A stretch of DNA of 64,000 nucleotides from Amoebidium appalachense (lineage: Eukaryota > Protista > Ichthyosporea). Location of the stretch: the NCBI GenBank assembly GCA_963693365.1, contig CAVNZM010000009.1:929731-993730 (forward strand), read 5' to 3'. Positions within the stretch are counted from its first letter, which is position 1; the number at the start of each line of letters is the position of its first letter. This document shows, one piece after another, positions 50,599 through 59,711 of the stretch. A program made the position numbers and the translations under genes. A model generated the notes under the pieces. It did no database searches. It was not told where the DNA came from and saw only the letters and a program-made list of their open reading frames with translations.

Positions 50599-51031
50599 CT
50601 CTCTCTCCCTTCCCCCCTCCCCTCCCCCCTCCTCCTCCTTGTCGGGGGGGGGGGGGGGGCAGCGGTTGGTGAGAACAGGTGTAGAAAACCGGGTAGGGAT
50701 GGTTGCATGTGGGATGCCTAAAGGCAAAAGTATCGTGCCTGTGTATAAGCGGAGCTGGTGGTAGTATTAGCTGTCTTCCCCCACCCCCCCACCCCCCCAA
50801 AATTTTCGCCCTTGTACCCACAAACGCACACACACAACCTCACAACCCTGTTATCCACATTCGTCTCTGTATGCTTCGATACTTCTAGAGCTTCGTTCCT
50901 GCTATGTACTAAAAGGACACTGTTTTGAACTGATGTTCGCTACATTAGGCGTAATCGTTCATGCTCTTTTGGCTTAACCCCCCAGCGCAATCTCTCTTTT
51001 TTTCGAAGCTTCCTTTTTTTGGTGTGTGATT

Positions 51032-51062
<31 letters not shown>

Positions 51063-51246
51063 GGGGGGGGGGACGGCACCTGAGGAACCTGGAGGTGATT
51101 GGATGACTGCCTAACTAGCGGCGTATGATTCTAACCAATGGATGTGGGCCATTTCACAGGGCGATGTGTTCTACATGAACATGTACAACTCGGAGATGTG
51201 CCAGGCATCCATCCGGGTGTGTTTGAAGGGCGAGGGCCAGTGCTGA
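47051..51246 (+). CDS. Secreted protein of unknown function, ~218 aa (6 exons), divergent from the RAP80-like gene
   Basis: Exons 47051-47137 (signal MMRAMLFFLVACAGLTCA), 47500-47671, 48517-48594, 49508-49621, 50160-50278, 51160-51246 (..CQASIRVCLKGEGQC*). All introns are GT-AG and phase-consistent; a possible extra exon lies near 48983. Confidence 0.75.
47938..48109. repeat. 87-bp tandem duplication (intronic)
   Basis: gatgatggcttggtgggaaagaggggcctctgagggggagagtgtgtgtgtatgtgttgggggag+polyG at 47938 and 48025. Confidence 0.9.
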
Positions 51247-51347
51247 GTTTCGTCCCATCGAGGGACCAATCGCATTATCAGAGGGTGGAGACTGGGATGG
51301 TTCGAGGGATGTTTTTTTTTTGTTTTTTTTTTTGTTGCTGTTGTTGT

Positions 51348-51395
<48 letters not shown>

Positions 51396-51524
51396 TGTTT
51401 ATGGAGGAACTCGATGGATTTCGATTCTCATATATGATATGAATTATAAGAATGTTACCAGACACGCGTTCGGCGTTTTGGGTATCTGGTAGATTAATTT
51501 GAATTTAGTAACCCCCCTCCCCTC

Positions 51525-51590
51525 CCCTCCTCCTCCTCCTCCTCCTCCTCCTCCTCCTCCTCCTCCTCCTCCTCCTTCTCCTCCTCCTTC
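51525..51590. repeat. (CCT)n trinucleotide microsatellite
   Basis: About 20 CCT units. Confidence 0.9.
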
Positions 51591-52572
51591 CCCTAGGCCT
51601 CCTGGACTCGTGAGCGGTGGCTTATGCATTCGCATAAATGAAACTGATGCAGTGGTGCTGCAGGTATTATCGGAAGCGCTCCCCAAGAATAGCTGGGAGA
51701 GTTTTTTTACCTCATCTTTTCTCAGTTTAGTAAATTGTGACAGAAGCATGGGTTGTGCTGTAAAATAAAAAACATGAAAGACGTTGAGTCAAGGACCATG
51801 CTTACAGATAAACACGACATCATAGTTTTTATTTTAGTGTGAATCGAATCTAATCTAATCGGATATGGCAGGCACTGCTGATTTCGAAAGATACGTGCAC
51901 GCTTGCCAGACACACGCATGCACACACACGAATCACAACACGTGCACGTCATGCTGCCATATCTCGGGCTCACACACTGCACGTGGTGTCGCCATTGAGT
52001 AAGTAGTCACTGTATGCTCACACGTACTGACGGTGTGCACGCGCTGCGATGAACTTTACGTTCTCCGATTTTTCCTTACACTCTCGCGACCGCGTGCATG
52101 CTTTCTGTCGCGGCGCCTCGACGGTTCGATAGAGTCCAGTGTTCGCTGAATGTGTAAGGAAAAATAAGGAGCCATCTCAGTAGGTGGCAGCACTGTATGC
52201 ATGCGTTCATCATCATGATCATCACACCCCTGGCGGTCATGGCAGTGCATACACGGTATAATGCATGTGCATCGTGCGGCATTGTCACAGTGCACCTGCC
52301 CGAACGTGGCCATGTGTTTCACTGTGCAGCGTTTGTACCGGTTACACCAATGCATACGAAATCTTCAGCCATATACGTGCGTGTAAATACACTATTTGGA
52401 CTAGTCACGTGGCCTGGTAACTTTGAGATCACACCACACCAAACCATCTCCGATCCGATCGCGATCAATCTATTTCCCACTTCCCACTTTTCCCACTTAA
52501 AATCGAAAAAGAGAAAAAAAAAGGAGACAAAACAAACGATACAGCATTACCCACTTTTAAGTGGGAAAGTGG

Positions 52573-52574
<2 letters not shown>

Positions 52575-52611
<37 letters not shown>

Positions 52612-52752
52612 CTAAGTCTACACGAGAGAGAGAGAGAGAGAGAGAAAAAAGCTAAGTCTACGAGAGAGAGAGAGAGAGAGAGAGAAAAGCTAAGTCTACG
52701 AGAGAGAGAGAGAGAGAGAGAGAAAAGAGAGAGAGAGAAAAAAGCTAAGTCT
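52575..52752. repeat. (GA)n array punctuated four times by AAAAGCTAAGTCT
   Basis: The motif occurs at about 52607, 52647, 52686 and 52740 between GA runs. Confidence 0.9.
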
Positions 52753-52758
52753 TGACCC

Positions 52759-53031
52759 GGGCAGGGGGGGGGGGGGCACGTGAGGCACGTGAGGCAGGGG
52801 GGGGGGGGGGGGGGGGGGGCAGGCGAGGCACGTGAGGCAGGGGGGGCACGTGAGGCACGTGAGGCAGGGGGGGGCAGGCGAGGCAGGGGGGGCAGGCGAG
52901 GCAGGCGAGGCACGTGAGGCAGGTGAGGCACGTGAGGCAGGGGGGGCAGGGGGGGCAGGGGGGCAGGGGGGGGGGGGGCACGCGGGGCAGGGGGGGGGGG
53001 GGGGGCACGCGGGGGGGGGGGGGGGGGGGGG
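52759..53031. repeat. GC-rich complex repeat of GGCACGTGA / GGCAGGCGA / GGCAG+polyG units at the host-virus boundary
   Basis: Multiple gcacgtgag and gcaggcgag 9-mers separated by G runs. This is the last simple-repeat tract before 11 kb of repeat-free sequence. Confidence 0.9.
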
Positions 53032-53192
53032 TGTTTCCAAAAACAGGGATCTGTATATACTTCACGGGGGTTTATTTTAGCATACAATACGGGTATAACA
53101 ATTCCCAACCCACATATTCTGATCAGCAACAATAATCTAAATTCGAGCATATAAATTCCAAAAGGTGAGTGTCGATTTTTTCTATATACAGG

Positions 53193-54199
53193 TCATTCAT
53201 CCTCGGTATGATCGGATTGTACATTCATATTTGGACGGAAAAGGAGAGAGGGACGAGATGTGTTATGGTACACAACCAGAGATACACCATTGTCGTCATC
53301 ACCACTATTTTCACTTTCACTTTCACTTTCACTCTCGTCGTCTGACTCGCAATAGGCCAAGGCGTACGCACACGTTCCAAACGCACATGTTCCTCCAAAG
53401 ACTCCATCTCTACATACAACGCAAGCGCATCACCACCACCACCACCACCCAAATCGTCACGACTACTCTTACGTCGTTTGACGGAGTCGCCAGAACCGCG
53501 TCGGCGAGACAGACTACAACCAAATTGACACTCTTTCGGCTCGACGTTGTGATATCGCTTCAGACGCTGTTCGTTGTTGTACACCTCGCTTGTGAGTTTG
53601 GATTTCTGTGCCTGTAGCACTTTAATCTGACGAGAAAGGGCCCCAATCTCGTCCTTCTTCTGGGCGTTCACGGCGGAGGTAGCGGCATACAAATACGAAT
53701 ACTCGGCCAACACACAACTGAAAACCTTCTTGTCTTCATCGGTCACAGGCCATGGGTCTTGGTCGTATAGAGCACTGTCACGATATGTCATGAACGCGAT
53801 GCATTTGCCAACAACATCATCCCAATCAGCTTTGTAGGAGCGATGTACTTCGACGTCGGGCGAAAAAATAGAATCGGCATCGATTTTTTTCAAACACAAC
53901 CGGAAGTCACGAACACCAATTGTTGCTATACCAGAGGTGTCGAGGGTGAGATGTGCACAAACGTCGAGCAACTTTTCCAACAAAAAATCGTATTCGTCAA
54001 TCGAATCGACGACAGTTTCGTTCGTCACCGCGAGGACCTGTGCGTGACGCCACAATCTGGCAAGGGAAGACAGGGAAACCCGCATGTTGCTTTGCATGCT
54101 CGGGTCACGCTTGTCGGAGGGTCTTGTTTCCAGTGCATCAAAGAAATCAATAATAACCCGAAAAGTCCCGGAGACACGAGCATAGCGAACAGAAGCCAT
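53193..54199 (-). pseudogene. Viral hypothetical protein with coiled coil and acidic tail; apparent 1-nt frameshift near 53430
   Basis: ATG at 54199 (MASVRYARV..), coiled coil IGALSRQIKVLQAQKSKLTSEV. After GGGGGGD the alternative frame reads CACVVCRDGVFGGTC..CESDDESESESESENSGDDD..EDE* (stop 53193), which is more protein-like than the in-frame VKVKVKVK. Could be a sequencing indel. Confidence 0.55.
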
Positions 54200-54677
54200 T
54201 GTGTTAACACGAACGATTCCAAACGGGCTTAAAAACCACAATCAAACACTGAAATTTTGTGTCGCTACATGTCACGGTTCGTAGACGATGGAAAACAGAA
54301 AAAACAATCTCTTATAAAAAAAGGACGCTTAGAACACGGCTCGTTCACGATGGAAAACAGAAGGCTTCTGCGACGCGAAGAGTCCTTATAAACATCTGCA
54401 AAAGCGCAACCACCAAAACGAACCAATGCGCATCACGTAGCATCCAACTCAGCAACAAACCCAGCCAATCAAAACAACACTTTAATTTCGCTTGGCCAAT
54501 TAAAGGGCTCGCTTTTCACGTTTTTTGAGTGTATTATTTCGTCTGGCCAATCAAGTGGCCTCGCATTTCCCTTTGCAAAAAAAAAAAATAAAGTTCGCCG
54601 AGTGAACAACCAACCAAACCGCGCAAAAAGCACGCCACCACACATGCTTCCCGTTATGGTGACGACCGCGGCGTTCG

Positions 54678-54810
54678 GGACCAATCAGAATAGAGGTCAA
54701 ACCGTGCGGACCAATCAGATCAGCGGTCAAACCATGCGGACCAATCAGATCAGGGATCAAGCAATGCGAACCAATCAGATCAGAGGTCAAACCGGGCGGA
54801 CCAACCAGAT
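54678..54810. promoter_or_regulatory. Five-copy 30-bp repeat, each copy carrying an NF-Y-type CCAAT box
   Basis: GRACCAATCAG with CCAAT at 54681, 54711, 54741, 54771 and CCAAC at 54801, between divergent ORFs (54199 minus, 54906 plus). Further CCAAT at about 54423, 54466, 54496 and 54547. Confidence 0.7.
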
Positions 54811-54905
54811 CCGATTTAGATACGGATCGAAAAAAAGGGGTTGCTGTGTAGGGTCGTATCGCGCGACAGACACAGGCTTCCTCTTTTTATTGGTACAAGC
54901 GCACA

Positions 54906-55175
54906 ATGTGGCCTTGGATAGTCGCGTCCGCCATCTCATTCGTCCTGTTCTGGTTGACGCTGATATCATGTGACATTCATAGAATAAACAGATCACTGAA
55001 GCAAAAAACCGGGCCCCACCCAATACTGGACCCATTATGCGACAACTTCATGATTCGCTGGCTGTGGATACTGTTGCCACTAATGCTTGCATATACATAC
55101 ACCACATCCACACCATTCACCGAGACGGAAACCACACAGAAAATACTTTCAGGTGCTACACCCGTATCAACTTGA
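54906..55175 (+). CDS. Small viral membrane protein, 89 aa, two hydrophobic segments
   Basis: ATG start; WPWIVASAISFVLFWLTLIS and FMIRWLWILLPLMLAY; lies downstream of the CCAAT array. Confidence 0.5.
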   Translation: MWPWIVASAISFVLFWLTLISCDIHRINRSLKQKTGPHPILDPLCDNFMIRWLWILLPLMLAYTYTTSTPFTETETTQKILSGATPVST

Positions 55176-55503
55176 AACGACCCACCCCTTTGAAAGGTGG
55201 ATCCCACCAGGGCTCTCGCTTGGCAATCACCACGACTTCCGGTACACGAGATTGTGTTTTTGTCAAAACACCGACGAGTTCACCGACATTCCAACATATA
55301 TCTGGAATCGACAGGCTGCTCGCCAACGCGTTCACAACAAAGCGGCTTTTTTGATCCACTCCACATACTTGTGTAATCAAATCACTCGTCGCGGAAAGAA
55401 CCACAGTCCCAGAGTGAGCACGCGCGCTGCGCAGCATGTTGTCTAACCGCCCGCGATCTCCAACGTACCAATAACACCCTGGGTTGTACACTTCCACGTC
55501 CAT
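55156..55503 (-). CDS. Viral hypothetical protein, ~115 aa
   Basis: ATG at 55503 (MDVEVYNPGCYWYVG..), globular composition, converges on the 54906 ORF. Confidence 0.45.
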   Translation of the reverse strand: MDVEVYNPGCYWYVGDRGRLDNMLRSARAHSGTVVLSATSDLITQVCGVDQKSRFVVNALASSLSIPDICWNVGELVGVLTKTQSRVPEVVVIAKREPWWDPPFKGVGRFKLIRV

Positions 55504-55974
55504 TTCACAAGGAAAAAGATTAAAATGACACGACAGACCAACGATCACTGGGGTTTATTGTTTATCAATATACAAATGACATCCCTCCAAATATTGCAGA
55601 TACAGATACAGTTGAACCTACCATCCTTTCCCAATCTTGCCAACATGACCACGGGTCATGAATGGAGCTAGGCTAGTGGCATGGTCATGCAAGGTTACTT
55701 ATCAAGAACCTTGGCCTATACCGGCAGAGGCCCGTGGCTGGCCACGGGCCGCATATGAATAAATTTTAAAGAGACTTTCCCAAAAAAAACATCTAATTAC
55801 TTTGATACGTGAACATCAACAGCATATTTTAAGCATCCCATCACACATATTTATTTCTTCGACTTCACGATGATAGAAGTTGTAGCAGTGCCACCGGTGA
55901 CCAGTCACCTGCATTTATTCCACAAGACCCCAAGCGGGCCTGGCCGCGGAGGACAAATCCACAGCAAGCCGTCT

Positions 55975-56847
55975 TCAAAGTGCGTGTCCTACATGGCCTG
56001 AGTTGTTCCACGGTGTCGGTCTTCTACGCAGTCTGCGAGGCAGACCGAAGAACTCGGTTGTGCGGTTGCGGGCGTGGGCGGTGTCCAACACGGCGTCCAT
56101 TAGCGGCAGACCCGCGTTCTCGACCTGGACGATGACCCGCTCAAAGAACGGGTCGAGCCACTCGGCGGCCCAGTCGTCAAGCGCGGTGGTGAAGTCTTGA
56201 GCGGCCACAGCGCCGGGGGCCATCGAAACGGGGGCACCGTGCTCGATCCCGACGCGGTAGGCACCCTCTTGCAGGGTGGACGGAGGCGCGGCAGGGGATG
56301 GGGTAGTGCGTACGACGTCCTCAAACAGGAGGCTGGGCATGACCCAGTAGGGTTTCCTGGAGATGGCAGGCGCCACACCATCGACTTCATCCAAGTCGGG
56401 ATCCCCAAAAACGTTCCAGAAAACCCATCCGTGTCTGGTCGGCTTGGTGGCGTATATGGGGGGCAGTCGTTCACGTCCGTAACCATACCCCATGCCGGCC
56501 TCGCTGTCGCTGAGCATGGTGTCGAATTCATAGTAGTATTCGCTGAGGGTCGGGTCGGTAACGGGGTGTCCGGGCTTGTACAGTTTGATGTAGCTGAGGA
56601 TGGAACGTTCGTCGCGCTCATAACGAGTCATGCTATTTACACCAACACTCTGGACACTGATCTGTCCGTTTGACAGAATGGGAATAGCCACCCTGTGTTC
56701 GTGGTCCCATCTCGGCTCACTTAGCCACGACCAATCCCGGCCATCGCCCGTGGATTCTGTAACGCATTCAAATTTGCGGTCTAGGTACCTCGTGAGCTCG
56801 TCCTCCGTGGCGATGCGGGTCAGTTCCATGCGCGCCGGCATTTTCAT
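55975..56847 (-). CDS. Viral hypothetical protein, 290 aa
   Basis: Long ATG ORF with normal composition; upstream TATAAAA and CCAAT cluster; downstream AATAAA (tttatt at 55914). Confidence 0.75.
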   Translation of the reverse strand: MKMPARMELTRIATEDELTRYLDRKFECVTESTGDGRDWSWLSEPRWDHEHRVAIPILSNGQISVQSVGVNSMTRYERDERSILSYIKLYKPGHPVTDPTLSEYYYEFDTMLSDSEAGMGYGYGRERLPPIYATKPTRHGWVFWNVFGDPDLDEVDGVAPAISRKPYWVMPSLLFEDVVRTTPSPAAPPSTLQEGAYRVGIEHGAPVSMAPGAVAAQDFTTALDDWAAEWLDPFFERVIVQVENAGLPLMDAVLDTAHARNRTTEFFGLPRRLRRRPTPWNNSGHVGHAL

Positions 56848-56917
56848 AACAGAGAATGTTCATGTGATCATGTGAAAGTGGAAATGCGAACTGGTGGCCT
56901 GTTCTTGTGTGGTAAGC

Positions 56918-57049
56918 TTTTATACCGGATGTCGCGCAAGCATCAAGCCAATCAGATCACACCCGTAACCAATCAAGAACCAGATAAAGAGCAAACACAA
57001 GATCCACCAATCGGAAATCAGAAGTCACATCCAAAGACCTTGCACCAAT
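56918..57049 (-). promoter_or_regulatory. Pol II-type promoter: TATAAAA plus four CCAAT boxes
   Basis: ttttata at 56918-56924 (TATAAAA on minus strand, ~70 nt upstream of ATG 56847); CCAATC at 56948, 56969, 57007 and 57045. Confidence 0.65.
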
Positions 57050-57085
57050 CAAAGCCACAACATCCCCCCTGATCTGTCGCCCTGC

Positions 57086-57376
57086 CTAGTTCTCTTTATT
57101 TTCCATGGGCGGCTCCGGCTCGTCATCGGGTTCTAACATCCTTTGCATGACAATCGCGGTCATGGCCTGGTTCTTGGGCACCCAGTGCTTGAACCCGCAC
57201 TTCCGCGCGAGCTCGTCGGGCAGGTCGATGTAGCCCTTCTCCGCGAGCTCCCTGGCGTAGCGCTGCTTCTCGCGCTCGGTGTGGCGTTGCGTTTCCTCTG
57301 TGGGGACAACCGTGGCCTGGATGACGGGGGCCTTGCCTGGCTCCTCCTTGAGCTTGTATTCCCAGCGATACGCCAT
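57086..57376 (-). CDS. Viral hypothetical protein, 96 aa
   Basis: ATG ORF with strong GC3 codon bias (MAYRWEYKLKEEPGKAPVIQ..). Confidence 0.65.
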   Translation of the reverse strand: MAYRWEYKLKEEPGKAPVIQATVVPTEETQRHTEREKQRYARELAEKGYIDLPDELARKCGFKHWVPKNQAMTAIVMQRMLEPDDEPEPPMENKEN

Positions 57377-57491
57377 ACGTGTGGCACCAATAAAAATACA
57401 AACAGACGTTTATTGAGTTTGTGTGTTGTGAAGGCGGGGGCCAGCCCCGCGTGTGTGTAGTTAAATGTACATGGTGTGTGTGCGTGTGTGG

Positions 57492-58442
57492 TCAAGCCTG
57501 CGGCGCGTGTGCAAACAGGCCGTGTGCGACCTCGTAGAACTGGGCCGTTTCACCGACCCTCCACTTCTCGCCGGCGAGCTCGACGACGACGGGATCGGAC
57601 GTGATGGGGGTGATGAGGCGCGGACGAGGCGCGCCCTCCGTGTCCAAGGAGACGCTTGCAAAGCCCTCCATGACTAGGAAGGAGGGGTGTTCGGGAAGGC
57701 ACATGCCGCGGACGCGTGGGTGGTAAGGACTTGCAACGATCCAGACGATGCACAGGCGGCGCAGCCTGCACAGGGTGCGGATAGCGCGCATGAACGACGC
57801 GGTCCATACTGCGCGGACAGCGACCAGGGTCTCCATGTCGTAGGCGCGCCACGGGGTGAAGTGGTTCGTCATGGTCAGGCGCTGGACTGCGCGGATGAAG
57901 AGCACGGGGGGCGCGGGGTCGGTGTAAGTGTCCTCGTCGTCGCTGGGCAGGTCGGTGTCGACGTGTGTGATGCGCACGGTCTTGCAGTTTGAGATGCGAC
58001 CGCGGACGAAGCACGCGGACAGCTGGACGGCAGAGGCGTTCGCGATGACGCCCTCGATGAACAGGTCACCGTAGAAGGTGACATCGACGGTCTCGAGCGC
58101 CGTGCAGGCGTCGAAGCCCACGAGGTGCAGTGCGGCGTCGGCCTCGAACAGCTCTGACCTGTTGAGTTGGATCAGACGGTCGCCCTTCTCCGACTGGTCG
58201 TCCCATGCGCTCGTTATGCACAGGTGGCGGAGGCCGGGTGGCAGCTTGACGGTGATGGACTGGTTCAGATCGCGTGAGAAGAGGGCTACGATGTCCAGGG
58301 TGATCACCTCCATGGCGCTCCTGGTCGAGAAGTCGATCTCGACGTTGGGGTGGAACAGGTGCGCCCTGATGTTGGCTTCGAGGTCTGGGTTGTCGACCTC
58401 CTCCTTGAGCAGAAAGTACGGTGCCTCGGTGATAAGCGCCAT
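57492..58442 (-). CDS. Viral LRR-like (beta-solenoid) hypothetical protein, 316 aa
   Basis: Degenerate LxxLxI/V units (LPPGLRHLCI, CTALETVDV, VQRLTM, LCRLRRLCI); GC3-rich codons; AATAAA downstream (57409). Confidence 0.65.
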   Translation of the reverse strand: MALITEAPYFLLKEEVDNPDLEANIRAHLFHPNVEIDFSTRSAMEVITLDIVALFSRDLNQSITVKLPPGLRHLCITSAWDDQSEKGDRLIQLNRSELFEADAALHLVGFDACTALETVDVTFYGDLFIEGVIANASAVQLSACFVRGRISNCKTVRITHVDTDLPSDDEDTYTDPAPPVLFIRAVQRLTMTNHFTPWRAYDMETLVAVRAVWTASFMRAIRTLCRLRRLCIVWIVASPYHPRVRGMCLPEHPSFLVMEGFASVSLDTEGAPRPRLITPITSDPVVVELAGEKWRVGETAQFYEVAHGLFAHAPQA

Positions 58443-58517
58443 TCTTGTGTCGGTTCCCGTGTTTGCCCGGTGCGATTCTTGGAGTCATTTTAATGACCGT
58501 TGCCGCTTGGGACACGA

Positions 58518-58615
58518 TGACGTCATCGCCCAATGGCGATCTCCGCCCAAGAGCGCCCATCCAATCAAGGACGCCCGCGAGCACCCACCCAATCGGGAGA
58601 TGTGTCGTTACGTCA
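58518..58615 (-). promoter_or_regulatory. CRE + triple CCAAT promoter module upstream of the LRR-like gene
   Basis: TGACGTCA at 58518-58525, CCAAT at 58530, 58561 and 58589, TTACGTCA at 58608-58615. Confidence 0.55.
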
Positions 58616-58711
58616 TCATACCCGAGCCCGAAGATCGCGCGGACTTCAAGAGCACGGTGCACGTACGTACGTTCTCCAGCGTGAGGACCGCGGTCTCCAA
58701 TACAATACAAA

Positions 58712-59680
58712 CTAACGCATGAGGAACCATGTGCTGTTGCCCGGATACGAAGCTAAGTTTGAGTCCGCTGCACCGACCGTCTTGAGCCATCCAACATAAT
58801 CCTTGGTCGAGTAGTAGAAAGATTTGCATTTCGGTTCTGCGACGCACGCAGTCTTCACTTCGTCCACCGACCCCTTTATCGAGCGAATATCGCTACCGGC
58901 GTGCCCGACATCCAATCGCTGCACCCAATTGGGTCCGGACACCGGCCGGCCCGACTGCCAGAGCACGGTTCCGTCGGCGTCGCGCACGTAGGCGACACCG
59001 TCGTTCTCGATTGTCAGGATCGCCGTGCCCAGCTTCCCCTTGCGGTAGGTGTTCGACGCCCATATGGCCGCACTCTTTGCGTCGTACACCACCAGATTGT
59101 TGTCCTCCTGCATGACGAGAGAGTAGGGCGCGGTACCGTTGTTGGTCTTGTTGTGTGCCCAGAGGACCTTGTTGCTGCCGCGTTCGGCGACTATGGTGTT
59201 CCCATCTCTCTCCTGCACCAGTTTGTACCGACCGTCGGGCGACACGATCGCCTCATAGGATGTGCTGGACCCCACGAGCTTTTTGCCGCTTCCCAGCATG
59301 CTCGTGGCTGGTGGCTCCTCCTTCTTCACGACAGCGGTGGGGGCGTTGGGGCAGGAGGGACAGTCGGGGCACTTCTCCTTGGGGGGGCAGGTCGGGCAGG
59401 TCGGGCACGTGGGGCACTTTGTGGGGGCCAGGGTGGGGCACGTCGGACAGGTGGGGCAAGCCGGGCACTTCTTTTCGGGGGGGCAGACCGGACAGCTGTT
59501 GCATATGCCGCAGGGGCGCCTGCACTTGAGGGTGGTGATGTAGCGGTAAAAGCGGGGCCGGTTGGCGTCGTACACGACGAGGAGGACGAACAGGGCACAC
59601 AGGCACCACACCCACGTAGACACGCTGGGGCGGCGGGGGAAAACCTGTGACGGGGGCAAGTCCATTTGGTAGACCCACAT
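58712..59680 (-). CDS. Membrane-anchored CPxC-stalk / bulb-type (GNA) mannose-binding lectin / PAN-apple domain protein, ~320 aa
   Basis: ATG at 59680 or 59665; TM WVWCLCALFVLLVVY; CPVCP..CPACPTCPTCP..CPDCPSCP; B-lectin IVSPDGRYKLVQERDGN..LW..LVMQEDNNLVVY..IWASNT..LTIENDG..VLWQS (QxDxNxVxY site); apple-like GSDI..C...PKCKSFYY..GWLK. Confidence 0.85.
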   Translation of the reverse strand: MWVYQMDLPPSQVFPRRPSVSTWVWCLCALFVLLVVYDANRPRFYRYITTLKCRRPCGICNSCPVCPPEKKCPACPTCPTCPTLAPTKCPTCPTCPTCPPKEKCPDCPSCPNAPTAVVKKEEPPATSMLGSGKKLVGSSTSYEAIVSPDGRYKLVQERDGNTIVAERGSNKVLWAHNKTNNGTAPYSLVMQEDNNLVVYDAKSAAIWASNTYRKGKLGTAILTIENDGVAYVRDADGTVLWQSGRPVSGPNWVQRLDVGHAGSDIRSIKGSVDEVKTACVAEPKCKSFYYSTKDYVGWLKTVGAADSNLASYPGNSTWFLMR

Positions 59681-59711
59681 GAAAATCGCACACAGTCCTG
59701 TTTGGCAAGCT

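Noticed and set aside
54678-54810. 30-bp periodic array as a mini-CRISPR, or as the coding repeat RTNQI
   Set aside because: The inter-core segments are related to each other and too short for spacers. The overlapping ORFs lack ATG starts and coding character, and the CCAAT interpretation recurs at other intergenic sites.
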